From a virus (lineage: Duplodnaviria > Caudoviricetes), in IMG/VR virus record IMGVR_UViG_3300031555_004710, positions 96,001-160,000 of that record: a stretch of DNA of 64,000 nt, one strand, 5' to 3'. The notes below the pieces were generated by a model. It made no database searches and was not told the origin of the DNA. It saw only the letters and a list, made by a program, of their open reading frames with translations. The first letter of the stretch is position 1, and every line of letters starts with the position of its first letter. Both the position numbers and the translations under genes were made by a program. Shown here piece by piece: positions 28,134 to 38,203 of the stretch.

Positions 28134-30614
28134 TTGGCTGAGAAAAATACTAAAGGTGTAGTTACATTGGATAGTAGAGATACTATCGAAGGCATTAAAG
28201 ATGACCAATTTTTCTATACGCAAGATGAGTTAGAAGCAATTCGTAGGCATCGAGGGATGTATGTACCAAGAGACCAAACTGATGGTGCTGTGCATTTATT
28301 TAAAGAAATATTTGCAAACTCAATAGACGAATGTAATAACGATAATTCTCACTGGGATAAAACCAAGAAAGAGATAACCATAATCTATTATGAAAGTGAA
28401 AGAAAAATAGTAGTAATGGATAATGGTAGAGGAATTCCTGCTGATATACTAACTAGTGTAGTAATGAAGAAACATGCTTCTACAAAAACTATTGGTTTAT
28501 CAGAATCTAGAAATAAGAAAGTTACAGGACTTAACGGTGTTGGTCTAACTGTATGTGCCGCATTAACTGACTATATGTATATAACTACTTATAGAGGTAA
28601 TAATTCTAAAACCATTGAACTCTTTGATGGTGAATTGAAAGAGCATCCAATCGTAAAGAGTAAAGAATTTAGAACTGGTACAGAAATAGGAGTTATACCA
28701 TCTGAAAAATATTTAGGTCCTATTAATTTGACTACTGATATAATTGAAGACTATATCAGAAATATGTCATATATCATTGAAAGTGATATTAAGATGACAT
28801 TTATTGGAGAGAAAAATCCAGAAGAAAAGAATCCTAAAAAGAGAAAGTATTTTACTCATAATTATGCTGCTCAAGGATTAGGAGCTGCTGTAAAATATAT
28901 GAGTAGTTCATTAGAGTTTGCTCCTATTGAAGCAAAGTTTATATCTGAAGATTACGATATTTCTATGGCTTTCTCATATGATAGGTCTTTGGATGATACT
29001 TCTATAGCATCATTTGGTAACTACGTTATCACTACTGAAGGAGGTTGTCACGAAGCTATAGCTACAAGAGCAATATGTGACTATTTTAGTAGAGAAGCTA
29101 AGAGACAAGAACCAAATGCAAAATATGAAGTTGCGTTTGATGATTGTAAGAAAGGTTTAGTATTAGCAGTAAATTTAGAGCACATAAGTCCTAAATTTGA
29201 AGGTCAGCATAAAACTAAAATTTCAAATAATGAAATTATGTCAGATGCTAAGAAAGGATTATATGATGCAATTTATAAGATAATGAATAATAATCCTCAG
29301 ACAATGAAAAAGATTATTACTTATCTTAGACAGATTGCTAGGGCTAGACAAGAATCTAGAAAAATTCGTGGAGTGTCAGTTAAGAAAACTACGACATTCT
29401 TAGAGGATGCTGAAATTGAAAAATATTTTACAGTATCAAATAGAAACTCTACAGGTTATAAAGAATTATTCCTATGTGAAGGTGACTCTGCAGCTGGTGG
29501 AATATTGAATTCTCGTAATCCTGCATATCAAGCAGTTTATACTGTACAGGGTGTAACAGATAACGTTCATGATTTATCACTCAATCAACTTTTACAGAAA
29601 AAGATGTTTAGTGAACTTATAACAATTCTTGGAACTGGTATTGGTAAGAACTTTGATATCACTAATTTGCGTTATGATAAGATTATTATATGCTCAGATA
29701 TGGATATCGATGGTTTTAACATTACTTCATTGCTACTATGCTTCTTCTTTGTATTCATGCCAGACTTAATAAGAGAAGGAAAGATATACAAAGCGATGCC
29801 GCCATTATACTTGATGGATTTACGTTCCCTTCGTAAATATTATAATGGTAGAGAATGGTTATATGATAAGATAGAATATTATAACATGATAAATGGTATA
29901 ATTGCAGATAATTGTGAAGTTGCTTTAGAAGTAGCTAATACTTCTAAAGGTGGAAAATCTAGACAGCCAGAAGTATATCCTATGTCTAAGAAAGAGATTA
30001 TTAATTGGCTTAATATGAATAGTGAATATAAACTCGAATTAGATAACTTAGGAAAGAAAGCTGCATGCGACCCTAGAATTTTAGAAAATGTATGTTATCT
30101 AAAAGTAAATACTAAAAGTCCTGCAGAGTTCCAAAAGAAATTAGAAGAAATATATCCTGAAATGACTTATGATAAGAATGCGTGTTCTTTAATAGGGTCA
30201 TGGGATGGTAACTTCTTTAGTTTAATATGCGATAGTCTCTTTGATAAGAGTGCAATGAGATTTATCAATGAGATGAAGAAAAACTCATCAATGTATGTAT
30301 GGTATAGAAATAAGAAAAATCCTAACGATAAGATGACTCGTGCAACTATCGGAGAATTCCTTACTGAAATGGATAAAGCATTCAATATCAAGATAGACCA
30401 GCGTTTCAAAGGACTTGGAGAAGCTGATGCGGATTTATTATTCAGAACTACTACAAATCCTAAATATCGTAAACTTCTTAAAATTGATATTAATGATTTT
30501 GATACTACTTCAGAAGTATTCGAATTACTTCATGGTAAATCTCCTAAACTTAGAGAAGCTCGTAGAGAACTGATCGATAGTACACCACTATCATATGCAG
30601 ATATCGATAACTAA
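28134..30614 (+). CDS. gyrB: Type IIA topoisomerase (DNA gyrase) subunit B
   Basis: GHKL motifs EIFANSIDE, DNGRGIP, GLNGVG; TOPRIM EGDSA, DMDIDG; QRFKGLGE; TTG start with RBS aggagg. Confidence 0.95.
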   Translation: MAEKNTKGVVTLDSRDTIEGIKDDQFFYTQDELEAIRRHRGMYVPRDQTDGAVHLFKEIFANSIDECNNDNSHWDKTKKEITIIYYESERKIVVMDNGRGIPADILTSVVMKKHASTKTIGLSESRNKKVTGLNGVGLTVCAALTDYMYITTYRGNNSKTIELFDGELKEHPIVKSKEFRTGTEIGVIPSEKYLGPINLTTDIIEDYIRNMSYIIESDIKMTFIGEKNPEEKNPKKRKYFTHNYAAQGLGAAVKYMSSSLEFAPIEAKFISEDYDISMAFSYDRSLDDTSIASFGNYVITTEGGCHEAIATRAICDYFSREAKRQEPNAKYEVAFDDCKKGLVLAVNLEHISPKFEGQHKTKISNNEIMSDAKKGLYDAIYKIMNNNPQTMKKIITYLRQIARARQESRKIRGVSVKKTTTFLEDAEIEKYFTVSNRNSTGYKELFLCEGDSAAGGILNSRNPAYQAVYTVQGVTDNVHDLSLNQLLQKKMFSELITILGTGIGKNFDITNLRYDKIIICSDMDIDGFNITSLLLCFFFVFMPDLIREGKIYKAMPPLYLMDLRSLRKYYNGREWLYDKIEYYNMINGIIADNCEVALEVANTSKGGKSRQPEVYPMSKKEIINWLNMNSEYKLELDNLGKKAACDPRILENVCYLKVNTKSPAEFQKKLEEIYPEMTYDKNACSLIGSWDGNFFSLICDSLFDKSAMRFINEMKKNSSMYVWYRNKKNPNDKMTRATIGEFLTEMDKAFNIKIDQRFKGLGEADADLLFRTTTNPKYRKLLKIDINDFDTTSEVFELLHGKSPKLREARRELIDSTPLSYADIDN

Positions 30615-30629
30615 GGAGGATTTTTATTT

Positions 30630-30830
30630 ATGAAAATATTTTCAAAAAAGCACACTTATTTGATATCATATGTAATACCAAATCAATATGGTGACCCTAA
30701 TAAACTCGGATTCGGTAATTCTACTCTTTATTCATCATCTAAAGGATTAGATTTAATAGACCAAGCTATCGAAGGTGCACAGCGAGTTGATGCAAATGCA
30801 ATCTTGATGAGTATTTGCAAAGTAGATTAA
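30630..30830 (+). CDS. Small hypothetical protein between gyrB and gyrA
   Basis: 66 aa, strong RBS aaggagg. Confidence 0.7.
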   Translation: MKIFSKKHTYLISYVIPNQYGDPNKLGFGNSTLYSSSKGLDLIDQAIEGAQRVDANAILMSICKVD

Positions 30831-30848
30831 ATAGGAGGTGGTTAAAAT

Positions 30849-33338
30849 ATGAGTAAAAATGATAAAAAGATAGAAAAACGTATCTGGGATGGAGTCTTTG
30901 AAAATGACTTCCAGAATGAAAGAGATATTGAAGATGTTGATATTGCGGAATATGATAAAAAGAATATGACATTATATGCAAGTAATGTAAACATTTTCCG
31001 TCAGATAATTAGACTTTCTGATAGTTTAAAACCTGTAGAACGTAGAATACTTTATGCATTATTCTTAGCTAAGGCATTCCCTGGTCATAAACTTAAGTCT
31101 ACTATGATTGGAGGCTACACTGCTGTATATCACTGTCATGGAGATTCTTATCCTGCAATGGTTGGTATGGCACAGAGTTGGAAGAAGCCTTGTCCATTAA
31201 TAGATGGTAAAGGTAACTTTGGAAGTGCAACTAGCGAATTTTATGCAGCAAGTCGTTACACTGAAGCATCAATGAGTAAATATGCGAAAGAATGTTTCTT
31301 TGATGATTATGATGATGATTGTGTTGAAATGATTTTCAATAGTGCAAGTGATTTAAATGAGCCAATGAGTTTACCTGCAAAATTTCCAAATATATTGGTT
31401 AATGGCGGAATGGGTATTGCTTTTGGTAATGCTTTTAGAATACCTACTTATAATATAGTAGATATAGTTGATGTATGTAAAAGGGTTATAGAAAATCCTG
31501 AAACTGCAAATGTATTTATGATTCCTGATTTACCTAGTGAATGTCAAATTATCGATGATGGCCAGAGTTTTAAAGATATTATCGATACTGGTAAAGGTGT
31601 ATTAAAAATGCGTGCTGATGCAGAAATTATTGAAGGTAATCGTAATTGGATTATAAAGATTACAAGTCTTCCTTGGATGACTTCTCTTATAAGTATCAAG
31701 GATAAAATAGTTTCATCGGTAAAAGCAGGTGTATTACCTATTAAAGATATTCAAGACCATTCATATATGGTAAAGGATAAGGATGGAAACGTTAAAACTA
31801 AAGTAGATTTCCGTTTAGTGTTTGATAAAGCTCATGACCCACATACTATATTGAATAAACTATATACTACAACCGACTTGCAGAAATCTGTATCCATAGA
31901 TTTTAAAGTAGTCTTAGATAATTTAACTGTAAGAAGATTAAATATGCGTGAGTTAATAAATTCTTGGTTAGATGAACGTAGAAGTTATAAACGTCGTTTA
32001 TTTAATAAGAAATTAACAAAGCTCTCTGCAAGAATTGACTTGTTAGGAATACTTATTCATCTTCTTAAAGAAGAGAACATTGAAAAGACTATTAAGATTA
32101 TTAAGAATTCGGATTCTTCTGAGGCAATCGAAAAACTTATGAAACTTGGAAAAATGACATCGTATCAAGCAGCAAAAGTTTACGATATGCGTTTAAGTGC
32201 ATTTACTAAAGATGCCAGAAAACGTTATAAAGAAGAACGTGAAGATTTAATTATTGAGCGTGATGACTTAATGAAGACAATACGTTCAGAAAAGAAAATT
32301 GATAAAATTATTTTAGATGAACTTGAAGATTTACGTAAGTATGCATCTCCTAGAAAATCTAAAATAATTGCAGAAGAAACTGGTGTTAGAATTGCTGATA
32401 CAACTCATTCAATTGTAGTTAGTAAAGGCGGTCTACTAAAGAAATTAGCATATGACCCTACTAATCCTTCTAAAAATACAAATATGGGTTCATTTAAGAC
32501 AGGCGACTTTCCAATACATCAGTGTATTGCTCACAATACTAGCAGTATTACTCTCCTTGATACTTTTGGTAGATATTCAATAATTCCAGTTCATAATATT
32601 GATAATACAGAGACATCTCATTATGGACATAAAATATTCGATATATCTAAATTAAGTGGTAAAATTGTTAGATGTATGGAGTCATATGATAATGACCTCA
32701 TAGAGACAATGCGTAAGAAGATTGGCGAACCTTATTTACTCACAATTAGTAAAAGAGGATATGCAAAGAAAACCCCAATGTCAGTATATGTTGATATGAA
32801 GAATAATAAGAATATCCGTGCAATGAAGATTCGTGATGATGATTCTATGATTGCTGCAGATGTTATATTTGATACTTCTACTATTATCATATATACTAAG
32901 AAAGGTGAATACACAATCTTACGGATGAAAGATATTGCTGAACAGGCTAAAGATTCAATGGGTCTTATTACAATGCGAGTTGCAGATGATGATGAGGTTG
33001 CAGGATTTGCACCGATTGGTTCTGATGACGATTACATTGTAATGATTTCTGATAAAGGAATGGTTAAGAAAGTTAGTATCAAATATTTTGGAGGACCTGC
33101 TAGAAGAGGTTCTTTAAAAGATCAAGGATATATGATGACACTTGACCCAACTGATACAATGAGATTCGTAAGTGGTATTCGTGAAGACCAAGATGTTGCA
33201 GTTGCTATGCGAAATAATGTTGTATTTCTAAAAGGTAATGATATACCTGACCAGACTAAAAAGTCTAAAGGAAAGAAAATGTTATCCCCTTCCGGAAATA
33301 TAAATATTGTAGCCGCATCTATAGTTGATGGTAAATAG
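30849..33338 (+). CDS. gyrA: Type IIA topoisomerase (DNA gyrase) subunit A
   Basis: DSLKPVERRIL, YHCHGD, GKGNFGS, AASRYTE catalytic Tyr, LVNG; C-terminal beta-pinwheel repeats. Confidence 0.95.
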   Translation: MSKNDKKIEKRIWDGVFENDFQNERDIEDVDIAEYDKKNMTLYASNVNIFRQIIRLSDSLKPVERRILYALFLAKAFPGHKLKSTMIGGYTAVYHCHGDSYPAMVGMAQSWKKPCPLIDGKGNFGSATSEFYAASRYTEASMSKYAKECFFDDYDDDCVEMIFNSASDLNEPMSLPAKFPNILVNGGMGIAFGNAFRIPTYNIVDIVDVCKRVIENPETANVFMIPDLPSECQIIDDGQSFKDIIDTGKGVLKMRADAEIIEGNRNWIIKITSLPWMTSLISIKDKIVSSVKAGVLPIKDIQDHSYMVKDKDGNVKTKVDFRLVFDKAHDPHTILNKLYTTTDLQKSVSIDFKVVLDNLTVRRLNMRELINSWLDERRSYKRRLFNKKLTKLSARIDLLGILIHLLKEENIEKTIKIIKNSDSSEAIEKLMKLGKMTSYQAAKVYDMRLSAFTKDARKRYKEEREDLIIERDDLMKTIRSEKKIDKIILDELEDLRKYASPRKSKIIAEETGVRIADTTHSIVVSKGGLLKKLAYDPTNPSKNTNMGSFKTGDFPIHQCIAHNTSSITLLDTFGRYSIIPVHNIDNTETSHYGHKIFDISKLSGKIVRCMESYDNDLIETMRKKIGEPYLLTISKRGYAKKTPMSVYVDMKNNKNIRAMKIRDDDSMIAADVIFDTSTIIIYTKKGEYTILRMKDIAEQAKDSMGLITMRVADDDEVAGFAPIGSDDDYIVMISDKGMVKKVSIKYFGGPARRGSLKDQGYMMTLDPTDTMRFVSGIREDQDVAVAMRNNVVFLKGNDIPDQTKKSKGKKMLSPSGNINIVAASIVDGK

Positions 33339-33382
33339 ATATTAAAATATATCGGTGATTATTTAAATATAATAATCACCGA

Positions 33383-33398
33383 TATATTATTTTATTGA
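33383..33398 (+). promoter_or_regulatory. Early-type promoter overlapping the gyrA terminator hairpin (33346-33388)
   Basis: TATATTATtttatTGA. Confidence 0.6.
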
Positions 33399-33449
33399 GT
33401 AATTGACAAGGGTTATAAATATAAAAAATAAAAAAGAGGAGGAATTAAT

Positions 33450-33680
33450 ATGAATGCGATATTTATATCAATATTAATTATATGGGTTCTTATCGCTATA
33501 TGTAATATAGCAATATTAGAATTTAATAATTATATAGATAATTATAAACCGAGTTATAGCGAACGAGTATTTATGAATTGTCTATCTATATTGATGAGTC
33601 CGATAATATTTATAATAATAATAACATGTTATATTGAATACCTCAAAAATAATAAGAAGAAAGGTGATAAAAATGAGTGA
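33450..33680 (+). CDS. Small 2-TM membrane protein
   Basis: Two hydrophobic helices; RBS gaggagg. Confidence 0.7.
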   Translation: MNAIFISILIIWVLIAICNIAILEFNNYIDNYKPSYSERVFMNCLSILMSPIIFIIIITCYIEYLKNNKKKGDKNE

Positions 33681-34482
33681 AAATTATCAAAATAATAATG
33701 AAAGTAGAGTATATAGCAATAATCAAATTTCAGTAACTACTGCAATGATGACAATATGGGATTCTGCAACAGGAGCTCAATTAAAATTATCAGTTTTAAA
33801 TAATGGATTAGGGATTGCTATATGGCTTCCATTTGTAAATCCTGATGGTTCTAGAAAATATCCTACAGAAAATAGACACTCTTCAGTGTTAACTCAAAAG
33901 AATGCTTTGGCATTAGAACGTGCAATAAATGATCATCTTATACCTGAATATGATAAAGGTAACAATGCTCATTATGGTGTATTTACTAATAATGCTCATA
34001 GTAATATGATTGAGGTTGAAGTAAGAGATGGAGATTTCTATTTATTGATGCATAGAAATTGTGACCCTTCAACCAAAATAGCAAAAGATACCATAAGATT
34101 TAAATTTGATAGCACTGCAATTATTGAAGGATATGATTCTGCAAATGGTGAAATGAACGTACTTCCAATTCAAGCAGATTTTTACGTATTTGCAAAAGCG
34201 ATATGTGCTTATAATGATTTAGCTGGAGGATATATTGCTGCTCATGGAACATCTATGGCAATGTCATCTATAAATCAGAGATTTATGGAATATATGAGAT
34301 CTATAGCAGATGCAGTTCATGCGCAGCTTCCAGCACCTAATTATCAGCAAAATGGTGGATATAGAGCACCTTCTAATTCAGGAGTTCAGCAGAATTACAA
34401 TGTTAATAATGTAGCTGCTTCATCAAATCTTCCATCGGTTACTGCTACTGAAGTAACAACATTGTCTGATTTAGTTGGATAA
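33673..34482 (+). CDS. Hypothetical beta-rich protein with disordered tail (possible ssDNA-binding protein)
   Basis: Start MSENY after aaggtga; N/Q-rich tail; the function is a guess. Confidence 0.5.
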   Translation: MSENYQNNNESRVYSNNQISVTTAMMTIWDSATGAQLKLSVLNNGLGIAIWLPFVNPDGSRKYPTENRHSSVLTQKNALALERAINDHLIPEYDKGNNAHYGVFTNNAHSNMIEVEVRDGDFYLLMHRNCDPSTKIAKDTIRFKFDSTAIIEGYDSANGEMNVLPIQADFYVFAKAICAYNDLAGGYIAAHGTSMAMSSINQRFMEYMRSIADAVHAQLPAPNYQQNGGYRAPSNSGVQQNYNVNNVAASSNLPSVTATEVTTLSDLVG

Positions 34483-34540
34483 TAAATTTAAAAAGTGAAA
34501 TTTATAAATTTCACTTTTTTATAAGAAGGTAGGTATTAAA

Positions 34541-35407
34541 ATGGGTAGATATACTGAAAGAAAAGATCTATATAATCAACCACCATTGTTTAGTGCTGAT
34601 AATAGAGATGAAAATATATTAATTGATATTTTAGGAAATTGGATTCCTGAGTGCGATATTATATATTATGGTCTTCTAAATAGTCACTATTCCGAAGAAT
34701 TATATAAATTAAAGACAACATCAATGTTTAACATTCATGATATATATTTAGATACTTCATATTTTACAGGAGATGATTTAATAAGATATCTGGCATCGAC
34801 TGACGATACTCTTGCAGAATTGAGTGATGAATATATCAGAAATGCGATAGTTACAGCAATTGATAAATATTACTATGTACCTTGTAATGAAACTATGCTT
34901 AGACACGCAATAATTGAATTAGCGTATTCCAACTTTGTAAAGTCTATTACATTACTATATCCATGGGATATTAGAGAGATTGATTATCAATACTTAAAAC
35001 ATATTATCCCATTATCTGTATTGGAAAAATTTAAAATTGTTAGTGGTACAATGTTGGGATTTCTCGAAAGTAAAGCAAATTCAGGTACTAAATATACTAC
35101 AATTATTAGTAATTCTACTGAGGATATTAATACTATGATTGATGAGTGTGATAAGTACCATACAAATGAGTCATTTTTCTTATTACGAAATCATAGTGGG
35201 AATGTCAAACATGAAATACTTGAAGACCCAGAAACACCTGGTAAAAAAATAATCAATTTTGAGGAACTTGAAAATGTTAATATTATCGGTAAATTAATGG
35301 ATATGGAATTAGGAATTCCAAAAACAAAAATGAGATTTGCTAGATATGAACCAAACTTATTTGAGGATACTCAACCAGACCCAGAAAATTTTAAAGTTGG
35401 AAGATAA
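34541..35407 (+). CDS. Hypothetical protein
   Basis: 288-aa ORF directly upstream of the chaperonin. Confidence 0.8.
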   Translation: MGRYTERKDLYNQPPLFSADNRDENILIDILGNWIPECDIIYYGLLNSHYSEELYKLKTTSMFNIHDIYLDTSYFTGDDLIRYLASTDDTLAELSDEYIRNAIVTAIDKYYYVPCNETMLRHAIIELAYSNFVKSITLLYPWDIREIDYQYLKHIIPLSVLEKFKIVSGTMLGFLESKANSGTKYTTIISNSTEDINTMIDECDKYHTNESFFLLRNHSGNVKHEILEDPETPGKKIINFEELENVNIIGKLMDMELGIPKTKMRFARYEPNLFEDTQPDPENFKVGR

Positions 35408-35410
35408 TTT

Positions 35411-37570
35411 ATGAAAGGAGATAATATAATGGATTATATCAAAAGTGCATTATATAATGAAATATTATCTAATAGCAATGTAATTAATGGTAAAGAATAT
35501 AGAGAATTAGTATGCGCTATTTCTCAGGTTGCATCCGATATGGTTGTAAAAACCCTTGGCCCTTATGGCTCTACAACAATGATTGATGAAGGAACTGGAT
35601 TTACATATCCTAGTAAAGATGGATGGTCTTGTTTAAATAAGCTCCAGTTTACTGACCCAACATATAATAGCATATTTAATATGCTGAAGAAGATTAGTTT
35701 TAATAGCGTAACCACCGTAGGTGATGGTACAACTACAGCAATGGTTGCAGCAAATAATTTTCTTCGTCAAATGTATATGGAATTCATTCCAAAAATAGAG
35801 AAAGATGGATTTCGTCAGGCGGACTTTATTGATACGATGAATGAATTCTATACTTATATAGAAAGAGAATTACGAAATAATAAAAATATTCAAAAGATAG
35901 ATGATTCCGGTGATTTTTCGGATATATATCAGATAGCATATGTTGCTACTAATGGAAATCATGAATTTGCCGAAATTATACAAAAGATATATCAAGAGAC
36001 AAATAATCCAAATATTCAGGTAACTCTCGATAAAAACTCTGAGACAACTTATGAAATTCAGCAAGGGTATAAGTTTGATGCAAGAACTTTAAATTATCCA
36101 GCATATGTAAATTGTGATGCTGGTATAATCGATTATAAGAATCATCCATGCAGAGTTGTTATATTTGACCATAACGTAACATTTCAAATGCATGAAAAGA
36201 TTATTGGTGGAATTAGTGGATTTGCTAGTAGAGATAATCTCGAAGTAATTATACTTGCACCATATTTTGATGACATTGTGACATCATGGATCGATTCTAG
36301 CGTGCAGAGAATGGTTCAGAATAGACAAATTCCGAATATAATGTTGGTTCAAATACCTATGACAGCAAATATTCAGAGAAAGTCAATTTCAGATTTATGT
36401 GTATTATCAAATGCTCAAGTATTTGATGAAGCAAAAGTGAAAGCTTTCAACATATTATATCATAATCAGACACACTCTGCTGATGAAAAGATAGAAGATC
36501 CAATGTTTTCTCTTGAACAGTATGCTTTTGAAAGCCCAGAAGAAGTTATTCGTAGATGTATGGGTACAGTTAAGAGCATTACGTTTAATAAAACAGAAGC
36601 ATTTTTACAGGACTATGAAACTGTAGCTAATCCTGTACAGTATAATGCAATAGTTACAGAAGCTAAAGAAGATTATGAAAATATGAAATCTAAAGCTTTA
36701 AAGACTATTGGAGGAATGCTTGATAAAGATTTCTTATTTACTCAAATGCGTTATATAAAACTTAAAGGCTCTACTGGAGTGATTAAGGTTGGTGCATTTT
36801 CTGATATACAGCAGAGATGTGATAAAGATGCATTAGACGATGCAGTATTAGCATGCCGTTCAGCATATGAGAATGGATATGTGCGTGGTATGAACATTGA
36901 ATTATTATCACTTCTTAAAGAGTTGCTAGAAGCATATCATACAAATACAGCACCACTAGCTTATTTTGGTCAGTATTCATATGATGTTTTACAGATGTTA
37001 TATAATTGCTTCTATCTTACATCATTACAAGTTATTATGAATAAAGAACCAAATAACAGTGCTTCAAGATTAGTAACACAGAATGATGCTAATAAAGATG
37101 AAGATATGATACCTATTAGCTACATTAAATGTAATTTAACTAATCCGGAAATATTAGATATGATTATAACTAGCAAAGAATGTTTAGACTATAATCTTCG
37201 TACAGAAGAAATGAATCCTATTGGTAGTTGGGAAGTTATAAATTCTGCTGCTACTGATATTGAAATATTGAGAGCAGTTGTAAATGTACTTACTACAGTA
37301 ATCACCTCTAATCAGTTCTTATCTGTTACACGCAGATTCGATGTAAAGGTTAACAATGAGAGAACTATTCAGAATCGTCTTGAGGAAGATGCTAGATTTA
37401 TTAAGAATAAGGTATCTGCTACAATTGACGCAGTAGTTAATCATCCTGATTATGATTTATTACAGGGACTTATAGGTGGAATCAGTGTTGATGGATTACC
37501 TTTTGAATCATTTGATGGTGAAGTTACTGAACCTACCGAATTCGATAAAAATATTAGTGAAGCTAAATAA
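35411..37570 (+). CDS. groEL: Phage GroEL-like chaperonin
   Basis: TLGPYG, SKDG, GDGTTTA, GYKFD, DDAVLACRSA..GYVRG. Confidence 0.9.
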   Translation: MKGDNIMDYIKSALYNEILSNSNVINGKEYRELVCAISQVASDMVVKTLGPYGSTTMIDEGTGFTYPSKDGWSCLNKLQFTDPTYNSIFNMLKKISFNSVTTVGDGTTTAMVAANNFLRQMYMEFIPKIEKDGFRQADFIDTMNEFYTYIERELRNNKNIQKIDDSGDFSDIYQIAYVATNGNHEFAEIIQKIYQETNNPNIQVTLDKNSETTYEIQQGYKFDARTLNYPAYVNCDAGIIDYKNHPCRVVIFDHNVTFQMHEKIIGGISGFASRDNLEVIILAPYFDDIVTSWIDSSVQRMVQNRQIPNIMLVQIPMTANIQRKSISDLCVLSNAQVFDEAKVKAFNILYHNQTHSADEKIEDPMFSLEQYAFESPEEVIRRCMGTVKSITFNKTEAFLQDYETVANPVQYNAIVTEAKEDYENMKSKALKTIGGMLDKDFLFTQMRYIKLKGSTGVIKVGAFSDIQQRCDKDALDDAVLACRSAYENGYVRGMNIELLSLLKELLEAYHTNTAPLAYFGQYSYDVLQMLYNCFYLTSLQVIMNKEPNNSASRLVTQNDANKDEDMIPISYIKCNLTNPEILDMIITSKECLDYNLRTEEMNPIGSWEVINSAATDIEILRAVVNVLTTVITSNQFLSVTRRFDVKVNNERTIQNRLEEDARFIKNKVSATIDAVVNHPDYDLLQGLIGGISVDGLPFESFDGEVTEPTEFDKNISEAK

Positions 37571-37585
37571 AATATCGAATAATAA

Positions 37586-37619
37586 AAGAAAGTAGGATAC
37601 ATATGTATCCTACTTTCTT
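37586..37619. terminator. Perfect 34-bp palindrome, bidirectional terminator
   Basis: aagaaagtaggatacat|atgtatcctactttctt. Confidence 0.8.
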
Positions 37620-38073
37620 AATTTGTTTGATTATAATCTTTAACTATTTGCTCCACTAGTTCATCTAAGGATGATGCTTTACGTGCACCATGTTTTAACA
37701 TCATATTATTTAATGCATATATTGAATTCAATAATCTTGGATTCCATGATACTGTATTCCCATCAGAATCAACATCTTCTTGCATTATGTAAAAATACGT
37801 TTTAACTTTATCATCGTGAACAGAATCTACCATTTCTGCAACACTATATATACCAACCATATTTGGGCTTAGTACATATACATGATATTTGGTGTATTGC
37901 TTTACGAGATTTTCTAATATAACATTCTCATATGTCCATCGTTCAACTGATGGGTCATAACAGTTAATATCTGAATTCATGTTTTTAATAAGTTTTAAAA
38001 AATCTTTTCTCCAGGTAGAATGATGTGTACCACCTAAAAAGATATCATACCCATGAGTTTTTAATTCGTTCAT
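37618..38073 (-). CDS. Nucleoside 2-deoxyribosyltransferase-like protein
   Basis: IFLGGT..STWR..YDPSVERWT..YVLSPNMVGIYSVAEMVD. Confidence 0.75.
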   Translation of the reverse strand: MNELKTHGYDIFLGGTHHSTWRKDFLKLIKNMNSDINCYDPSVERWTYENVILENLVKQYTKYHVYVLSPNMVGIYSVAEMVDSVHDDKVKTYFYIMQEDVDSDGNTVSWNPRLLNSIYALNNMMLKHGARKASSLDELVEQIVKDYNQTN

Positions 38074-38203
38074 TATTACATCTCCCTCTCCATATTCTCA
38101 TGTATAATTTGTCATTCTTAATTAAATATTCAAAAGTTTATAGATTCGGACAAATTCATAAGTTTTGGGATAAATATAATAAATTGAAGGGAGAATATTT
38201 ATA

